From: an uncultured Candidatus Saccharibacteria bacterium
GTDB lineage: Bacteria; Patescibacteriota; Minisyncoccia; UBA6257; XYB1-36-10
DNA length: 64,000 bases
Reading direction: 5' to 3'
Assembly (NCBI GenBank): GCA_964362215.1
Contig: CAYIDJ010000001.1
Span: 13,151-77,150 of the forward strand
The notes beneath the pieces are model-generated. The model was not told the origin of the DNA. It searched no databases and saw only the letters and a program-made list of their open reading frames with translations. Positions within the stretch are counted from its first letter, which is position 1. Every line of letters starts with the position of its first letter. The position numbers and the translations under genes were made by a program. Shown here one piece after another: positions 8,616 to 18,321 of the stretch.

Positions 8616-9497
8616 ATGATATTTCCGTCTGCTAAACAAGCGCTCTTATTTTTTATCGGCGGCCTACTCGCCGCCTTTGTTTTTCTGCCTGCCTCTTCCA
8701 CTCAAGCCGCCAACTCCTCCGATCCCTGTGATCTCAACGCCAAATTAGACGTCCTTTCCCAAGCCAAATCGGAACTTGAATTTACCGCCCGCCAAGATCT
8801 GCTCTCCGCCACCATCAACTGTTCCCTGGAGGAAAGCGATGATATTAAAAATAAAATATCCAAACTCAACTCTTTGTCCGATGCCGCCGACCGCCGCGCC
8901 GCCGCCGCCTACGACAATCTTCTGGAAAGCTTCATCGGCTACTACGCCGATCAAAAAACTGAATTTGTTTCCGCCTCCACCAGCCCGGACCAAATCAAAG
9001 ATCTCGCCCAGCAAATTCTTTCCTGGCGCGAATCCCACTACAACCAGCCCATCCGCCAAATTGCCGATTTCACTTTAGCTTTAAAACAGCAGGATGGCGT
9101 CTCTGTTGCCGCCAGCCGCCTCAAAAAAATACGCTCTTCACTGACTTCCCTCCTGTCTATTCGCAATCAGGAAATTAACCGGCTTTTAAGTGACGCCGAT
9201 AAAAACATCTCCCGTTCCCGGGAATTAAATGAACAAGCGCTCTCCGCTCTACGTTCCTCTTTCCTCGCCTCTCCCGCCGCCACCGCCTATACCGCCACTA
9301 CCACTCCCTCTGGCGCCGACTCCTTTTCCATCTCTACTACCACCCCCCTCTACTTCATTTCTATTTTGCCAAATAACACTTCCGCTCAAACTTCCACCCC
9401 CCGCGACCTCATCCGCGACTCGTATGAAAATTTAAAAACCGCCTACGAGAACTTTTTCCAGATTAATAAAGCTGTCAGAAAAATCCTCGGCTTTTGA
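8616..9497 (+). CDS. Exported helical protein
   Basis: Signal-peptide-like N-terminus; co-oriented with the ECF pair. Confidence 0.7.
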   Translation: MIFPSAKQALLFFIGGLLAAFVFLPASSTQAANSSDPCDLNAKLDVLSQAKSELEFTARQDLLSATINCSLEESDDIKNKISKLNSLSDAADRRAAAAYDNLLESFIGYYADQKTEFVSASTSPDQIKDLAQQILSWRESHYNQPIRQIADFTLALKQQDGVSVAASRLKKIRSSLTSLLSIRNQEINRLLSDADKNISRSRELNEQALSALRSSFLASPAATAYTATTTPSGADSFSISTTTPLYFISILPNNTSAQTSTPRDLIRDSYENLKTAYENFFQINKAVRKILGF

Positions 9498-9621
9498 TAA
9501 AAATCCGTTCCTTTCTGTATTTTTACCGCTCCGACTTAGGTCGGAGTTCTTATTTATATTTCTCAAACAAAAATGCCGCCCTTCACTTTGGGACAGCATT
9601 TTCGGACAGATGCCAGGCGCC

Positions 9622-9897
9622 TTACTTAACCGCGTCCTTAAGCGCCTTGCCAGCCTTAAACTTCGGCACCGTGCTCGCCGCAATCTGTATCTTTTCGCCC
9701 GTCTTCGGGTTTACCCCAGCGCGCGCCGCCCGCTTCTGGGCCCTAAAAGTGCCGAATCCGGCTATTGCCACCTCGCCGCCTGACGCCAACTCCTTAGTAA
9801 TGGAATCAAACACGGCCTCTACCGCCGCCTTAGACGCCGATCGTGTCTCCAGGCTCGCCGCCTGCATCACCGCGTCAATAAGTTCTTCCTTTTTCAT
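9622..9897 (-). CDS. hup: DNA-binding protein HU
   Basis: GFGTF..RAARAGVNPKTGEKIQIAAS.VPKFKAGKALKDAVK. Confidence 0.97.
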   Translation of the reverse strand: MKKEELIDAVMQAASLETRSASKAAVEAVFDSITKELASGGEVAIAGFGTFRAQKRAARAGVNPKTGEKIQIAASTVPKFKAGKALKDAVK

Positions 9898-10019
9898 AAT
9901 AATGCGTGCAAGTTTTTATTTCTTACATTTCGACCTTTCCCCATTATAAATGCTTGTGTTTAGTATAGCAAACTCGCCTCCCCCGCACAAACACTTGATT
10001 TTCCCCCACTTCAAACAAA

Positions 10020-10583
10020 TCAAACTAACTTATTAGTAACCGCTTTTACCAACTCAGGAAATTCTTTATATTCACTACCAAAATGACCATGATCATTAAA
10101 CTCGTAATACTCCGTACTTAACATCTTATTTATTAACCTCGGAGCATCTATTGAAAAGTATGGATCATCAGTAGAAGCAAACTGTATAATCCATTTCTGA
10201 TTTTTCTTTATAGCTTCCCAATTCCAGGGTTCTTCAAAATAACCACTCTGTTTCTCACGTTCGTCTCCTAAATCGCTATCGTAAGCGGAAACAAGAACAG
10301 ATCCTAATATATTATTATTCTCTGCCCACCTCATAGCCGCTACTGCCCCACTTGAATGCCCGATTAAAATAGTATTTTTATCTACTTTCAATTCCTTCAA
10401 AAAATAAAACCAATATTTCTCCCTTGCTAAAATTGAGTCGGGAAATTCTTGATTGATTGTTTTTATTCCCTTTTTTTCTAATTCCTGTTTCACATAAGGA
10501 AACCATTTATCTTCCGGTTTATCTCCTCCATTACCCGGTACAATAACTGCTTTTATATTCAATGAATTGTTAATCATACTCAA
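10020..10583 (-). CDS. RBBP9/YdeN-family alpha/beta hydrolase
   Basis: IVPGNGG, IGHSSGA nucleophile elbow, STDDPY, GHF; AT-rich. Confidence 0.88.
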   Translation of the reverse strand: MSMINNSLNIKAVIVPGNGGDKPEDKWFPYVKQELEKKGIKTINQEFPDSILAREKYWFYFLKELKVDKNTILIGHSSGAVAAMRWAENNNILGSVLVSAYDSDLGDEREKQSGYFEEPWNWEAIKKNQKWIIQFASTDDPYFSIDAPRLINKMLSTEYYEFNDHGHFGSEYKEFPELVKAVTNKLV

Positions 10584-10635
10584 TTATTTCTAATTTAGTC
10601 ATTAATTCGTCATTCGAAATTCAAAATTCGTCATT

Positions 10636-10668
10636 CCAGATAAAAAGCCCCTTGGGCTTTTTATCTGG
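10636..10668 (-). terminator. rny terminator hairpin
   Basis: CCAGATAAAAAGCCC-CTT-GGGCTTTTTATCTGG. Confidence 0.7.
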
Positions 10669-12190
10669 CATATTCCACCGCCCGCATCTCCCTAATCACA
10701 TTCACCTTAATTTCCCCCGGATATCTCAACTCCGACTCTATCTTCTTGGCTACATCACGCGCCAAAGACAACGCTCCAAAATCATCCACCTTCTCCGGCA
10801 CCACAAATACCCGCAACTCCCTCCCCGCCGACAGCGCGTACGCCTTGCTGACTCCCTCAAAAGAAGTGGCTATCGCCTCTAGTTCTCCTAAACGCTTGAT
10901 ATAGTTTTCAATTGACTCCCGCCGCGCTCCCGGCCTGCCTGCTGACAACGCGTCCGCCGCCGCCACCACAAACGCTTCCGGAATGGCGTACGGATACTCA
11001 TCATGATGCGACTCCATCGCCCGTATTACCTTCTCGTCAATGTTGTACTTTTTCAGTATCTTCCGTCCGATCTCCACATGCGTACCCTCCACCTCGTGGT
11101 CTATCGCCTTGCCGATGTCATGCAAAAGCGCCCCCTTCTTCGCCGTCTCCACATCCAGCCCCAGCTCCGCCGCTATCATTTTAGCGATATGCGTCATCTC
11201 TACCGAGTGTGCCAGCACGTTCTGCCCGTAACTCGTCCGGAAGTGCAACCTCCCTAAAATCTGAATAATCTCCGGCGGCAGGTCATAAACCCCCACCTCC
11301 ATTGCCGCCTCCTCTCCCAACTCCTTTATCCTCTTGTTTATCTCCTGCTTCGCTTCCTCCACTTTCTCTTCAATTTTAACCGGCTGAATCCGCCCGTCTT
11401 TGAGTAGTTTATCCAGCGCCAGCCGTGCTATCTCCCGCCGCATCGGGTCAAACGACGACAAAGTCACACTGTCCGGAGCGTCGTCCACAATCAGCTCCAC
11501 TCCCGTCAACCGCTCTATCGCTCGGATATTGCGCCCCTCGCGCCCGATAATCTTTCCCTTCAAATCTTCGTCCGGCAACGTATAAACGCTGGTGGTAATC
11601 TCCGCCACTTTAGAACGGGCGTATCTCTGTACCGCCGCTGTTATAATTTCCAAACTCTTTGTCTCTTCCTCTTCCCGCCTGTTCCTCTCGGCTTTCTGCA
11701 ACACCTGTGCCAGCACTTCTCTCTCTCGCTCCATAATCTCATTCATCAGTTTTTCCTTCGCTTCCTCTTGCGTCATTCCCGCTGTCTTCTCCAGTTCCTT
11801 CTGCGCCTCCGCGTGCATCGTTTCTATCTGCTGCTTAGCCAGCTTCAGCTTCTCTACGTCCTGGTTTATATGCGTCTCGCGCCGCGACAAATCAGCTGTT
11901 GCCGTCTCCATCTGGTCCTCCTTGCGGGCTAATCTTTCTTCCATTTTATCTATCTGGTGTTTACGCTCCCGCTCTTCTCTCTTCACCTCCTCCAATTCCT
12001 TAACCGCCCTCTCCTTAGCTGTTAGTATTATTTCCGCCGCCTGCTTCTGCGCTTCTTCCAGCTTATTCTTCGCCTTTGCTTCCGCGCCGCCCACCTGATA
12101 AGTATTCCAAACTCTGTCTGCTAAAAAAGCGGCTACCGCTCCCGCGGCCGCAATCGCTAAATAAAGATAAAAATCTCCTCCTATATTCAT
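10661..12190 (-). CDS. rny: Ribonuclease Y
   Basis: N-terminal TM, coiled coil, KH (GKIIGREGRNIR) and HD (LLHDIGK) domains. Confidence 0.97.
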   Translation of the reverse strand: MNIGGDFYLYLAIAAAGAVAAFLADRVWNTYQVGGAEAKAKNKLEEAQKQAAEIILTAKERAVKELEEVKREERERKHQIDKMEERLARKEDQMETATADLSRRETHINQDVEKLKLAKQQIETMHAEAQKELEKTAGMTQEEAKEKLMNEIMEREREVLAQVLQKAERNRREEEETKSLEIITAAVQRYARSKVAEITTSVYTLPDEDLKGKIIGREGRNIRAIERLTGVELIVDDAPDSVTLSSFDPMRREIARLALDKLLKDGRIQPVKIEEKVEEAKQEINKRIKELGEEAAMEVGVYDLPPEIIQILGRLHFRTSYGQNVLAHSVEMTHIAKMIAAELGLDVETAKKGALLHDIGKAIDHEVEGTHVEIGRKILKKYNIDEKVIRAMESHHDEYPYAIPEAFVVAAADALSAGRPGARRESIENYIKRLGELEAIATSFEGVSKAYALSAGRELRVFVVPEKVDDFGALSLARDVAKKIESELRYPGEIKVNVIREMRAVEYAR

Positions 12191-12488
12191 ATTTTTCTTT
12201 CTCTTTTACTCATGTTTCGCGCCAAAACACGGCAGTTTCCTGTCAAACCTGAAAAGCTGTGAGACCGGCTAAAAACCGCCGGTTATTTCCGTTCCCCGTC
12301 AATAGTGTCTCCGCTGCCCACGTTTCTTATTCTCTTCATTTTGGTGGTGGAAAATTCGCCTTTCAAATTCATTTCAGAAAACCTGACTTGTTGATAAAAT
12401 AAAAATTAATAAACTTTTTCTTACAATATACCTTTCTCTATATGGTACAATAACAATATATCAACTATTACTTTTAATTGTCAACTAC

Positions 12489-14021
12489 ATGTCGCGTACA
12501 GTCGTCTTGGTCGTGCTGGACGGCTGGGGTGTCGGCGATCACAATCGCGGCAATCCCATCTACTCCCAGCGCCCGCAAAGTATTGAATACTGCCGCCGTC
12601 ACTTTCCTGCCGGCGCCCTTCAGGCCTCCGGCATCGCCGTCGGCCTTCCTTGGGAAGAAGCCGGTAGCAGTGAAATCAGCCACTTGGTTATCGGCGCCGG
12701 CCGCACTGTTTACCAGCCGTATCCCCGCATCTCTCTCGCCGTCCGCGACGGCAGTTTTTTCTCTAATCCTACTCTTTTGGCCGCCGCCGACCACGCCACC
12801 GCTTCCGGCGGCTCTCTCCATCTCGTCGGCCTCCTTTCTGAATCCAATTCGGACGCTTCCCGCGAACACTTGGATGCCTTAATCAAGTTTACCTCTGACC
12901 GCTCCCTCCCCTACTGGCTCCACCTTATAACCGATGGCGTGGACAGCTCGCGTTCCGCCACCGACCTTATCAGCACTCTGCCCGACCCCAGCCGCGTTAT
13001 CAGCCTTTTCGGACGCTATTACGCCATGGACGAAGACGACCATTGGGACCGTATCGGTTCCTGTTATCGTGCTCTAACCGACCCCGCCGTCCCTTCCCTG
13101 GAAATCTCCACTCTCTTCACCGCCTCCCGCGCCTCCGGCGGCGACCAGTATATCGCCCCCTCTCCGGTTAACGCCCATCATCCGGTTAAAGACGGCGACG
13201 CTCTTATTTTTTTCAACTTTCGCGAGGACGGCTTACGCGAACTCGTCTCGCCCTTCGCCGACCCTCAATTCTCCGAATTCAAAACTGTCTCTTTCTCCAA
13301 CCTCTTTGTCGCCACTTTCTCCCGTTACAGCCGCGATTTTAAAGCCACCGTTGCTTTTGAAACCGACCTCCCTCAAACTCCGCTCGGGCGCGTCCTCTCC
13401 GCCGCCGGCAAAACCCAGCTCAAAATCGGTGAAACTATAAAATATTCTTCCCTCACTTACTTCTTTAACGGCTTCCGTGAAGCTCCTTATAAAAACGAAT
13501 ATCGGGTGCTTATTCCCTCCACCAGCACCCCCCACCCCGAATCCTCTCCCGCCCTCCGCGCCGCCGACATTACTGCTCGCGCCCTTCAGTCCATCAACGA
13601 ACGCGCCTTTGATTTTATCGTCGTCAACTACGCCAACCCTGACATTATCGGCCGCACCGGCAACCTGACTGCCGCCGAAGACGCCGTCCGCGTGCTCGAC
13701 GGCGAACTTAACAAAATCATCCGCGCCTCTCTTGAATCCGGCGCCACTCTCATTATTATGGGTAGTCACGGCAATATGGAACGCATGGTAAATCCCCTGA
13801 CCGGTGAATCGGAAACTGGAAACACCGCCAATCCCGTTCCCATCTACCTTCTCGGCCGCGAATTCCAAACTGTTAAAAATGACATTCGTCTGTCCGCGGA
13901 AGAACAAACTACCTCCGGTATCATCTCTGATGTCTCGCCTATGATTCTCAAACTTTTTGACATCTCTCTCCCCTCCGACATGACCGACTCCAATCTGCTA
14001 AAATTATTACAAAATCCATAA
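12489..14021 (+). CDS. gpmI: 2,3-BPG-independent phosphoglycerate mutase homologue (degenerate active site)
   Basis: VLDGWG, GRYYAMD, FFNFR, NYANPD fold motifs; several ligands substituted. Confidence 0.85.
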   Translation: MSRTVVLVVLDGWGVGDHNRGNPIYSQRPQSIEYCRRHFPAGALQASGIAVGLPWEEAGSSEISHLVIGAGRTVYQPYPRISLAVRDGSFFSNPTLLAAADHATASGGSLHLVGLLSESNSDASREHLDALIKFTSDRSLPYWLHLITDGVDSSRSATDLISTLPDPSRVISLFGRYYAMDEDDHWDRIGSCYRALTDPAVPSLEISTLFTASRASGGDQYIAPSPVNAHHPVKDGDALIFFNFREDGLRELVSPFADPQFSEFKTVSFSNLFVATFSRYSRDFKATVAFETDLPQTPLGRVLSAAGKTQLKIGETIKYSSLTYFFNGFREAPYKNEYRVLIPSTSTPHPESSPALRAADITARALQSINERAFDFIVVNYANPDIIGRTGNLTAAEDAVRVLDGELNKIIRASLESGATLIIMGSHGNMERMVNPLTGESETGNTANPVPIYLLGREFQTVKNDIRLSAEEQTTSGIISDVSPMILKLFDISLPSDMTDSNLLKLLQNP

Positions 14022-14054
14022 TTTAAACTTTAATATTTATTATCTTTCTTATAA

Positions 14055-14110
14055 TTTGTAATTTAGAAATTAGGATTTATTTAGAGTTTAGGATTTAGAG
14101 TTTAGAGTTT
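14055..14110 (+). repeat. Degenerate heptamer tract
   Basis: TTTAGAGTTTAGGATTTAGAGTTTAGAG. Confidence 0.75.
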
Positions 14111-14117
14111 AATCAAT

Positions 14118-14486
14118 ATGCGCCTTATTTTTCGCTTCATCATCACTGCCGCTAGCAACGCCATCGCCCTTCTTTTACTCTCCGTCTATCTTACCGACGT
14201 CTCCATTTCCCCCGACCCCCTTGCCATTACTATCCTCTCCGTCATACTCGCCGCCGTCAATCTAATCATCCGCCCCTTCCTCCGCCTACTTCTCTCCCCT
14301 CTTATCATCCTAACCGCCGGCGCCGCCAGTTTTGCTCTAAGCGCCGCCCTTCTCTATACTCTTGACTTTGCTTCCAACGCCCTTACAATCAGCTCTATGC
14401 GCGCGCTGCTTATCTCAACCGTTATTATCTGGCTTATTAACTTTATTCTCGCCTCTAGCGCCCGTCTGGCCTATCCCCGTTCCTAA
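14118..14486 (+). CDS. YvlD/phage-holin-family membrane protein
   Basis: Four TM segments, AVNLIIRPFL.LL.PLIILT.G pattern. Confidence 0.75.
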   Translation: MRLIFRFIITAASNAIALLLLSVYLTDVSISPDPLAITILSVILAAVNLIIRPFLRLLLSPLIILTAGAASFALSAALLYTLDFASNALTISSMRALLISTVIIWLINFILASSARLAYPRS

Positions 14487-14506
14487 AACACATAATTCTC
14501 ACTATT

Positions 14507-14719
14507 ATGTTCCTCAATATCACCCAAGCCATAATTGCCATTGCCCTGATTGCTCTCATTCTTATTCAGGAGCGCTCCTCCGGCCTTTCCGGCGCCTTTG
14601 GCGGCGGTGAAGCCGGTTTTACCCGCCAGCGCCGCGGTTTGGAAAAAATAATCTTCAACTCCACTTCCGTCCTGCTGGCCGCTTTTATTATTCTCTCCGT
14701 CCTGAACTTCGTCCTCTAA
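14507..14719 (+). CDS. secG: Preprotein translocase SecG
   Basis: ILIQERSSGLSGAFGG..RRGLEKIIF. Confidence 0.92.
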   Translation: MFLNITQAIIAIALIALILIQERSSGLSGAFGGGEAGFTRQRRGLEKIIFNSTSVLLAAFIILSVLNFVL

Positions 14720-14756
14720 TCCTATTTTTAATTTTTTCCGCTTTGGATTTTAAATT

Positions 14757-14795
14757 GTCCCGACTTTGTCGAGGATGCTCGATAAAATCGGCATC
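14757..14795 (+). repeat. Family D double-hairpin module
   Basis: TCCCGAC-TTT-GTCGAGGA followed by TGCTCGAT-AAA-ATCGGCA; relatives at 16874, 19706, 24203, 42879, 59027. Confidence 0.65.
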
Positions 14796-14830
14796 ATTTT
14801 ACACTTTAATATTTAAACTTTAAACTTTTT

Positions 14831-16492
14831 TTGTTCTCTAATCTGATAAACCTCTTTCGTCATCTCTCACACCCTGAACGGCGTTCCGTCTACATTACCG
14901 CTTTCGTCGCTCTCTTAGCCGTCACCGGCCTGGTATTCATCGGTTTTAATAACATAACTCGCGCCGTTCCCGTCCCCGGCGGCACCTGGACAGAAGGCAT
15001 TATCGGCCAGCCGGTTTTTATCAACCCGGTCATCTCCGGCAGCAACGATGCCGACCGCGACCTCATTGCCCTAACCTTCTGCTCTCTCTCTGATATCGCC
15101 GAAAAAATAGAACCCACCCGCGACCTCCAGGTCTGGCAGGTACGCCTCAAGGAAAACGCTCTCTGGCACGATGGTAAGCGTCTGACCAGCGACGATGTTA
15201 TCTTCACTATCGCCCGCATCCAGGACCCGGAGTACAAATCGCCGCAGAGCGCTACCTGGCAGGGAGTTACCGCTTCTCGCATCAGCGAACGCGAACTGTC
15301 TCTTTCTCTGGTCGCTCCCCTCTCTTTCTTCCCTGATAATCTGGAAAAACTTTATCTCATTCCCAAACATATCTTCGCCGATATTCCCTTAGCAAACTGG
15401 CGCCTCTCCGACTACAATCTTCAGCCCGTCGGCTGCGGCCCCTACCAATTTGACTCGTTTAAAAAACGGCCTGACGGCTTTATTACCCAGTTGAGCCTCA
15501 AAGCTAATCCCGACTATGTTGGCAACGCGCCTTTCATCTCTAACTTTGACATCGCTTTTTATACCGACCCCGAACAAGCCATTGAGGACTTTATCTTCGC
15601 TAAAATAGACGGCCTCGGCGGGCTTTCCAAAAAACAGTTGGATCAAATCCGCCGCAGTCACAATCTCTTCGCCCTCCCCACCCCCCGCTACTACTCCGTC
15701 TTTATTAACCAAAACGCCCACCCTGCTCTCAAAGACAAAAATGTACGTCTTGCCTTGGACAGCGCCATTGACCGTAACCTTCTCATCCGCGCCACCCTTG
15801 GCGGCTATGCCGAACCGGTTACCGGTCCCGTCACGCCCAACTTTCTGGAAGAAGTGGATCTGCCCCAGCCAACTGTCTCCCTCGATCCCCTGACTGATGC
15901 CGCTGATATTCTGGAGCAATCCGGCTGGAAACTGAACGAGAGCGGCACTCGCTCCAAAAAAATTAGTAAAAACGACGTTACCCTTGAGTTTGATTTGATT
16001 GTCCCGGAAATTGAGCCTCTCCTAAGCGCCGCCGAGTTTATCAAAAAAACCTGGGGTGAGATCGGCGTCAAAATCAACACCGTTATTCTCTCTCCGGAAA
16101 CAATTAACGGTAACGTTATCCGCGGCCGTAACTTCTCCCTCCTTCTTTTCGGTAATATCATTGGCCGTAGCCCGGACCTTTTCTCTTTCTGGCACTCCTC
16201 TCAAACCGACTACCCCGGCCTTAACCTCGCCCAGTACCAAAACCGCGCCGCCGACAAACTGATCGAATCTATCCGCCGCGGTGAAGACCCAGAGGAAGAA
16301 ACCAGCGACCTCGTCTCTCTTTACACCTTAATCCAACGTGACTTGCCGGCTGTCTTCCTTTATTCTCCGCAATATCTCTATCTTACCTCCTCCGACCTCA
16401 AGGGCTTCTCCGAAGATCTCATTGTCACCCCCGCCGACCGCTTCCGTAGCGTCTCTTCTTGGTATCTCAAAACCGCCCGCCAACTGAAATAA
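14831..16492 (+). CDS. ABC peptide-binding protein, family 5 (OppA/DppA-like)
   Basis: WHDGKRLTSDDVIFT, PVGCGPY, VRLAL..AIDR motifs. Confidence 0.9.
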   Translation: MFSNLINLFRHLSHPERRSVYITAFVALLAVTGLVFIGFNNITRAVPVPGGTWTEGIIGQPVFINPVISGSNDADRDLIALTFCSLSDIAEKIEPTRDLQVWQVRLKENALWHDGKRLTSDDVIFTIARIQDPEYKSPQSATWQGVTASRISERELSLSLVAPLSFFPDNLEKLYLIPKHIFADIPLANWRLSDYNLQPVGCGPYQFDSFKKRPDGFITQLSLKANPDYVGNAPFISNFDIAFYTDPEQAIEDFIFAKIDGLGGLSKKQLDQIRRSHNLFALPTPRYYSVFINQNAHPALKDKNVRLALDSAIDRNLLIRATLGGYAEPVTGPVTPNFLEEVDLPQPTVSLDPLTDAADILEQSGWKLNESGTRSKKISKNDVTLEFDLIVPEIEPLLSAAEFIKKTWGEIGVKINTVILSPETINGNVIRGRNFSLLLFGNIIGRSPDLFSFWHSSQTDYPGLNLAQYQNRAADKLIESIRRGEDPEEETSDLVSLYTLIQRDLPAVFLYSPQYLYLTSSDLKGFSEDLIVTPADRFRSVSSWYLKTARQLK

Positions 16493-16502
16493 CTTCCCCT
16501 TT

Positions 16503-16622
16503 GTCACTTGCCCGAACAACTCCGTTGGGCGGATTCCCGCGGCCTTTAGTCCTCGCGTCAGCGGGGAGGGAATCCATCTCCTCTTCTTCCCTTCTGTCAT
16601 CCCAGCGAAAGCTGGGATCCAG
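16503..16622 (+). repeat. REP-like GTCAT cluster (interrupted copy 16503-16576, intact copy 16596-16622)
   Basis: GTCATCCCAGCGAAAGCTGGGATCCAG. Confidence 0.75.
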
Positions 16623-16726
16623 TCCCCCCCTCCGTCCTTCCAAGTCCACCCACATCAAACAATAAATCTCCGTCTTCCAGTTATTGTATTTAACTATCGT
16701 ATCTTGTATCTTTTTATTGTCTTTAT

Positions 16727-16812
16727 GGGGATGTGGCGAAATGGCAGACGCGCAGCGTTCAGGGCGCTGTGAGCGCAAGCTCGTGGGAGTTCAAATCTCC
16801 CCATCCCCACCA
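16727..16812 (+). tRNA. tRNA-Leu (CAG)
   Basis: Cloverleaf with long variable arm, loop TTCAGGG, CCA encoded. Confidence 0.96.
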
Positions 16813-16815
16813 AGA

Positions 16816-16970
16816 GAGATTTGAACGCCGGAGTCCCGATTTTCAGCAGAAAATTGGGACGAGGCGGTGCCCAGTCCCGATGTGATATACATCGAGGATC
16901 CGCGATTCCGTAAACGGAATCGGGACCCGAGTCCCGCTGACGAGCGCGACGAGAGGCGAGGGCAAATCTC
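16816..16970 (+). repeat. tRNA-Leu-linked structured element
   Basis: GAGATTTG/CAAATCTC closing stem; CGCC-GGA-GTCCCG..GGGAC-GA-GGCG arm; nested family D module. Confidence 0.75.
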
Positions 16971-17061
16971 CCCATTCCCACCAGAACATAACTCAAATAT
17001 TCTAAGTAGACAGCAGAACAGATAGGATTTTTGTACTACTACGTTTCCAAAATATCCTCTC

Positions 17062-18189
17062 ATGATGTATATTAAACACATGGACAATGATAATACCCCA
17101 CCAGACGTAAATCCAGAAAACCTGCAATCGCCAGAGCAAGAAGTTTCTCCCGTGCCGCTATCACAAAAAAATCCTACTAAGCAGTGGTTTCTATATTCCA
17201 TTACGATAATTGGACTCATTACAGTTATCATTGTTGTAATTATATTCTTAAACGCAAGTAAAGACGGCGAAGTTAATGGGAATAGAACTCAAGATAATCA
17301 ACTCGCACAGGAAGAAAAGTTACCTGTAGAAACAAGTCTAATGAATCGCCTTATCCAATTTACTGATTCTGCTCCTAATGGTGTCTATAAATTAGTAACG
17401 AACAGCGGAGAAACAAACTTACAAGTTGATCAATTATTGACGACTGGAGGTTTTTATTTCCAAAACCGTGGAACAGGTGAATTATATAATCTCATCTCCT
17501 ACGATGATTATTCTAATCAATCAACTATTAACACCCCCCTTTTAAAACTAAAAAAGATAGAGGATGTTAACTATAATAATTTTTATGTGTACCAAAAAGA
17601 TACGAGATATGCGACAGACCTGAAAAATGTATACTATATTGAATGGACCCCTACGGGTTTTACGTCTTCTCTTAATTATAGATATTCAGTTCAATCTGAT
17701 TATAATTACACACTTCAAATTCTTAGAGGTGCTGACCTAAAAACTTTTGAACCAAATATTGTAACAACTTTTCCTATATCTCAAGGTAACGGTTTTCAAG
17801 GTTTATATTCACGAGATATAAAAACAGTTTTCTACGGCTCAGAAGCTCTCGAGGGAGTTGATGCTCCGACATTTAAGCTTTCAGAAGATGTGTCTATTAC
17901 GTCCGACAAAAATCGTGTCTATTTGTGGAATAAAATAATTCCCCTAGCCGACCCGGAAACATATATAATTATATTTGATGGAAGCGCCGACGGTCGCGGT
18001 ACGGTATATGGTAAAGACAAAAATAATGTTTTTGTAGATTACTGTTTATTGACGGGTATTGACCCAAATAGCTTCTCTATAAATTGGAATAGAGATCCAA
18101 CCGAATATGCAGATAAACAAGGAGTGTTCAATATTGATTTGCAAAAAAATAAAGAGCGTATAGTAGAATCATGCATCGTTGTCAGATAA
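17062..18189 (+). CDS. DKNYY-repeat membrane-anchored protein
   Basis: TM near the N-terminus; YATDLKNVYY, SDKNRVY, YGKDKNNVF, GADLKTFE, DAPTF repeats. Confidence 0.85.
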   Translation: MMYIKHMDNDNTPPDVNPENLQSPEQEVSPVPLSQKNPTKQWFLYSITIIGLITVIIVVIIFLNASKDGEVNGNRTQDNQLAQEEKLPVETSLMNRLIQFTDSAPNGVYKLVTNSGETNLQVDQLLTTGGFYFQNRGTGELYNLISYDDYSNQSTINTPLLKLKKIEDVNYNNFYVYQKDTRYATDLKNVYYIEWTPTGFTSSLNYRYSVQSDYNYTLQILRGADLKTFEPNIVTTFPISQGNGFQGLYSRDIKTVFYGSEALEGVDAPTFKLSEDVSITSDKNRVYLWNKIIPLADPETYIIIFDGSADGRGTVYGKDKNNVFVDYCLLTGIDPNSFSINWNRDPTEYADKQGVFNIDLQKNKERIVESCIVVR

Positions 18190-18321
18190 ATTGATTAAAA
18201 CAGTATATAAAACACTTAGTAAAAAACAAAATAGTTTAAATTATAACAATAAACGAAGGCAAATCTCCCCATCCCCACCAATTAGAGTTTAGTCCGCCTT
18301 AGGCGGAAGGATTTAGAGTTT

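Larger units (their letters stand above)
16813..18280. mobile_element. Integrase-free tandem islet at the tRNA-Leu 3' end
   Basis: 21-bp tRNA 3' end CAAATCTCCCCATCCCCACCA repeated at 16963-16983 (1 mismatch) and 18260-18280 (exact); cargo is AT-rich and lacks the host C-skew. Confidence 0.8.

Noticed and set aside
14118-14486. Prophage suggested by the holin-family gene
   Set aside because: YvlD-type genes are common on chromosomes, and there are no phage structural, lysis or integrase genes nearby.
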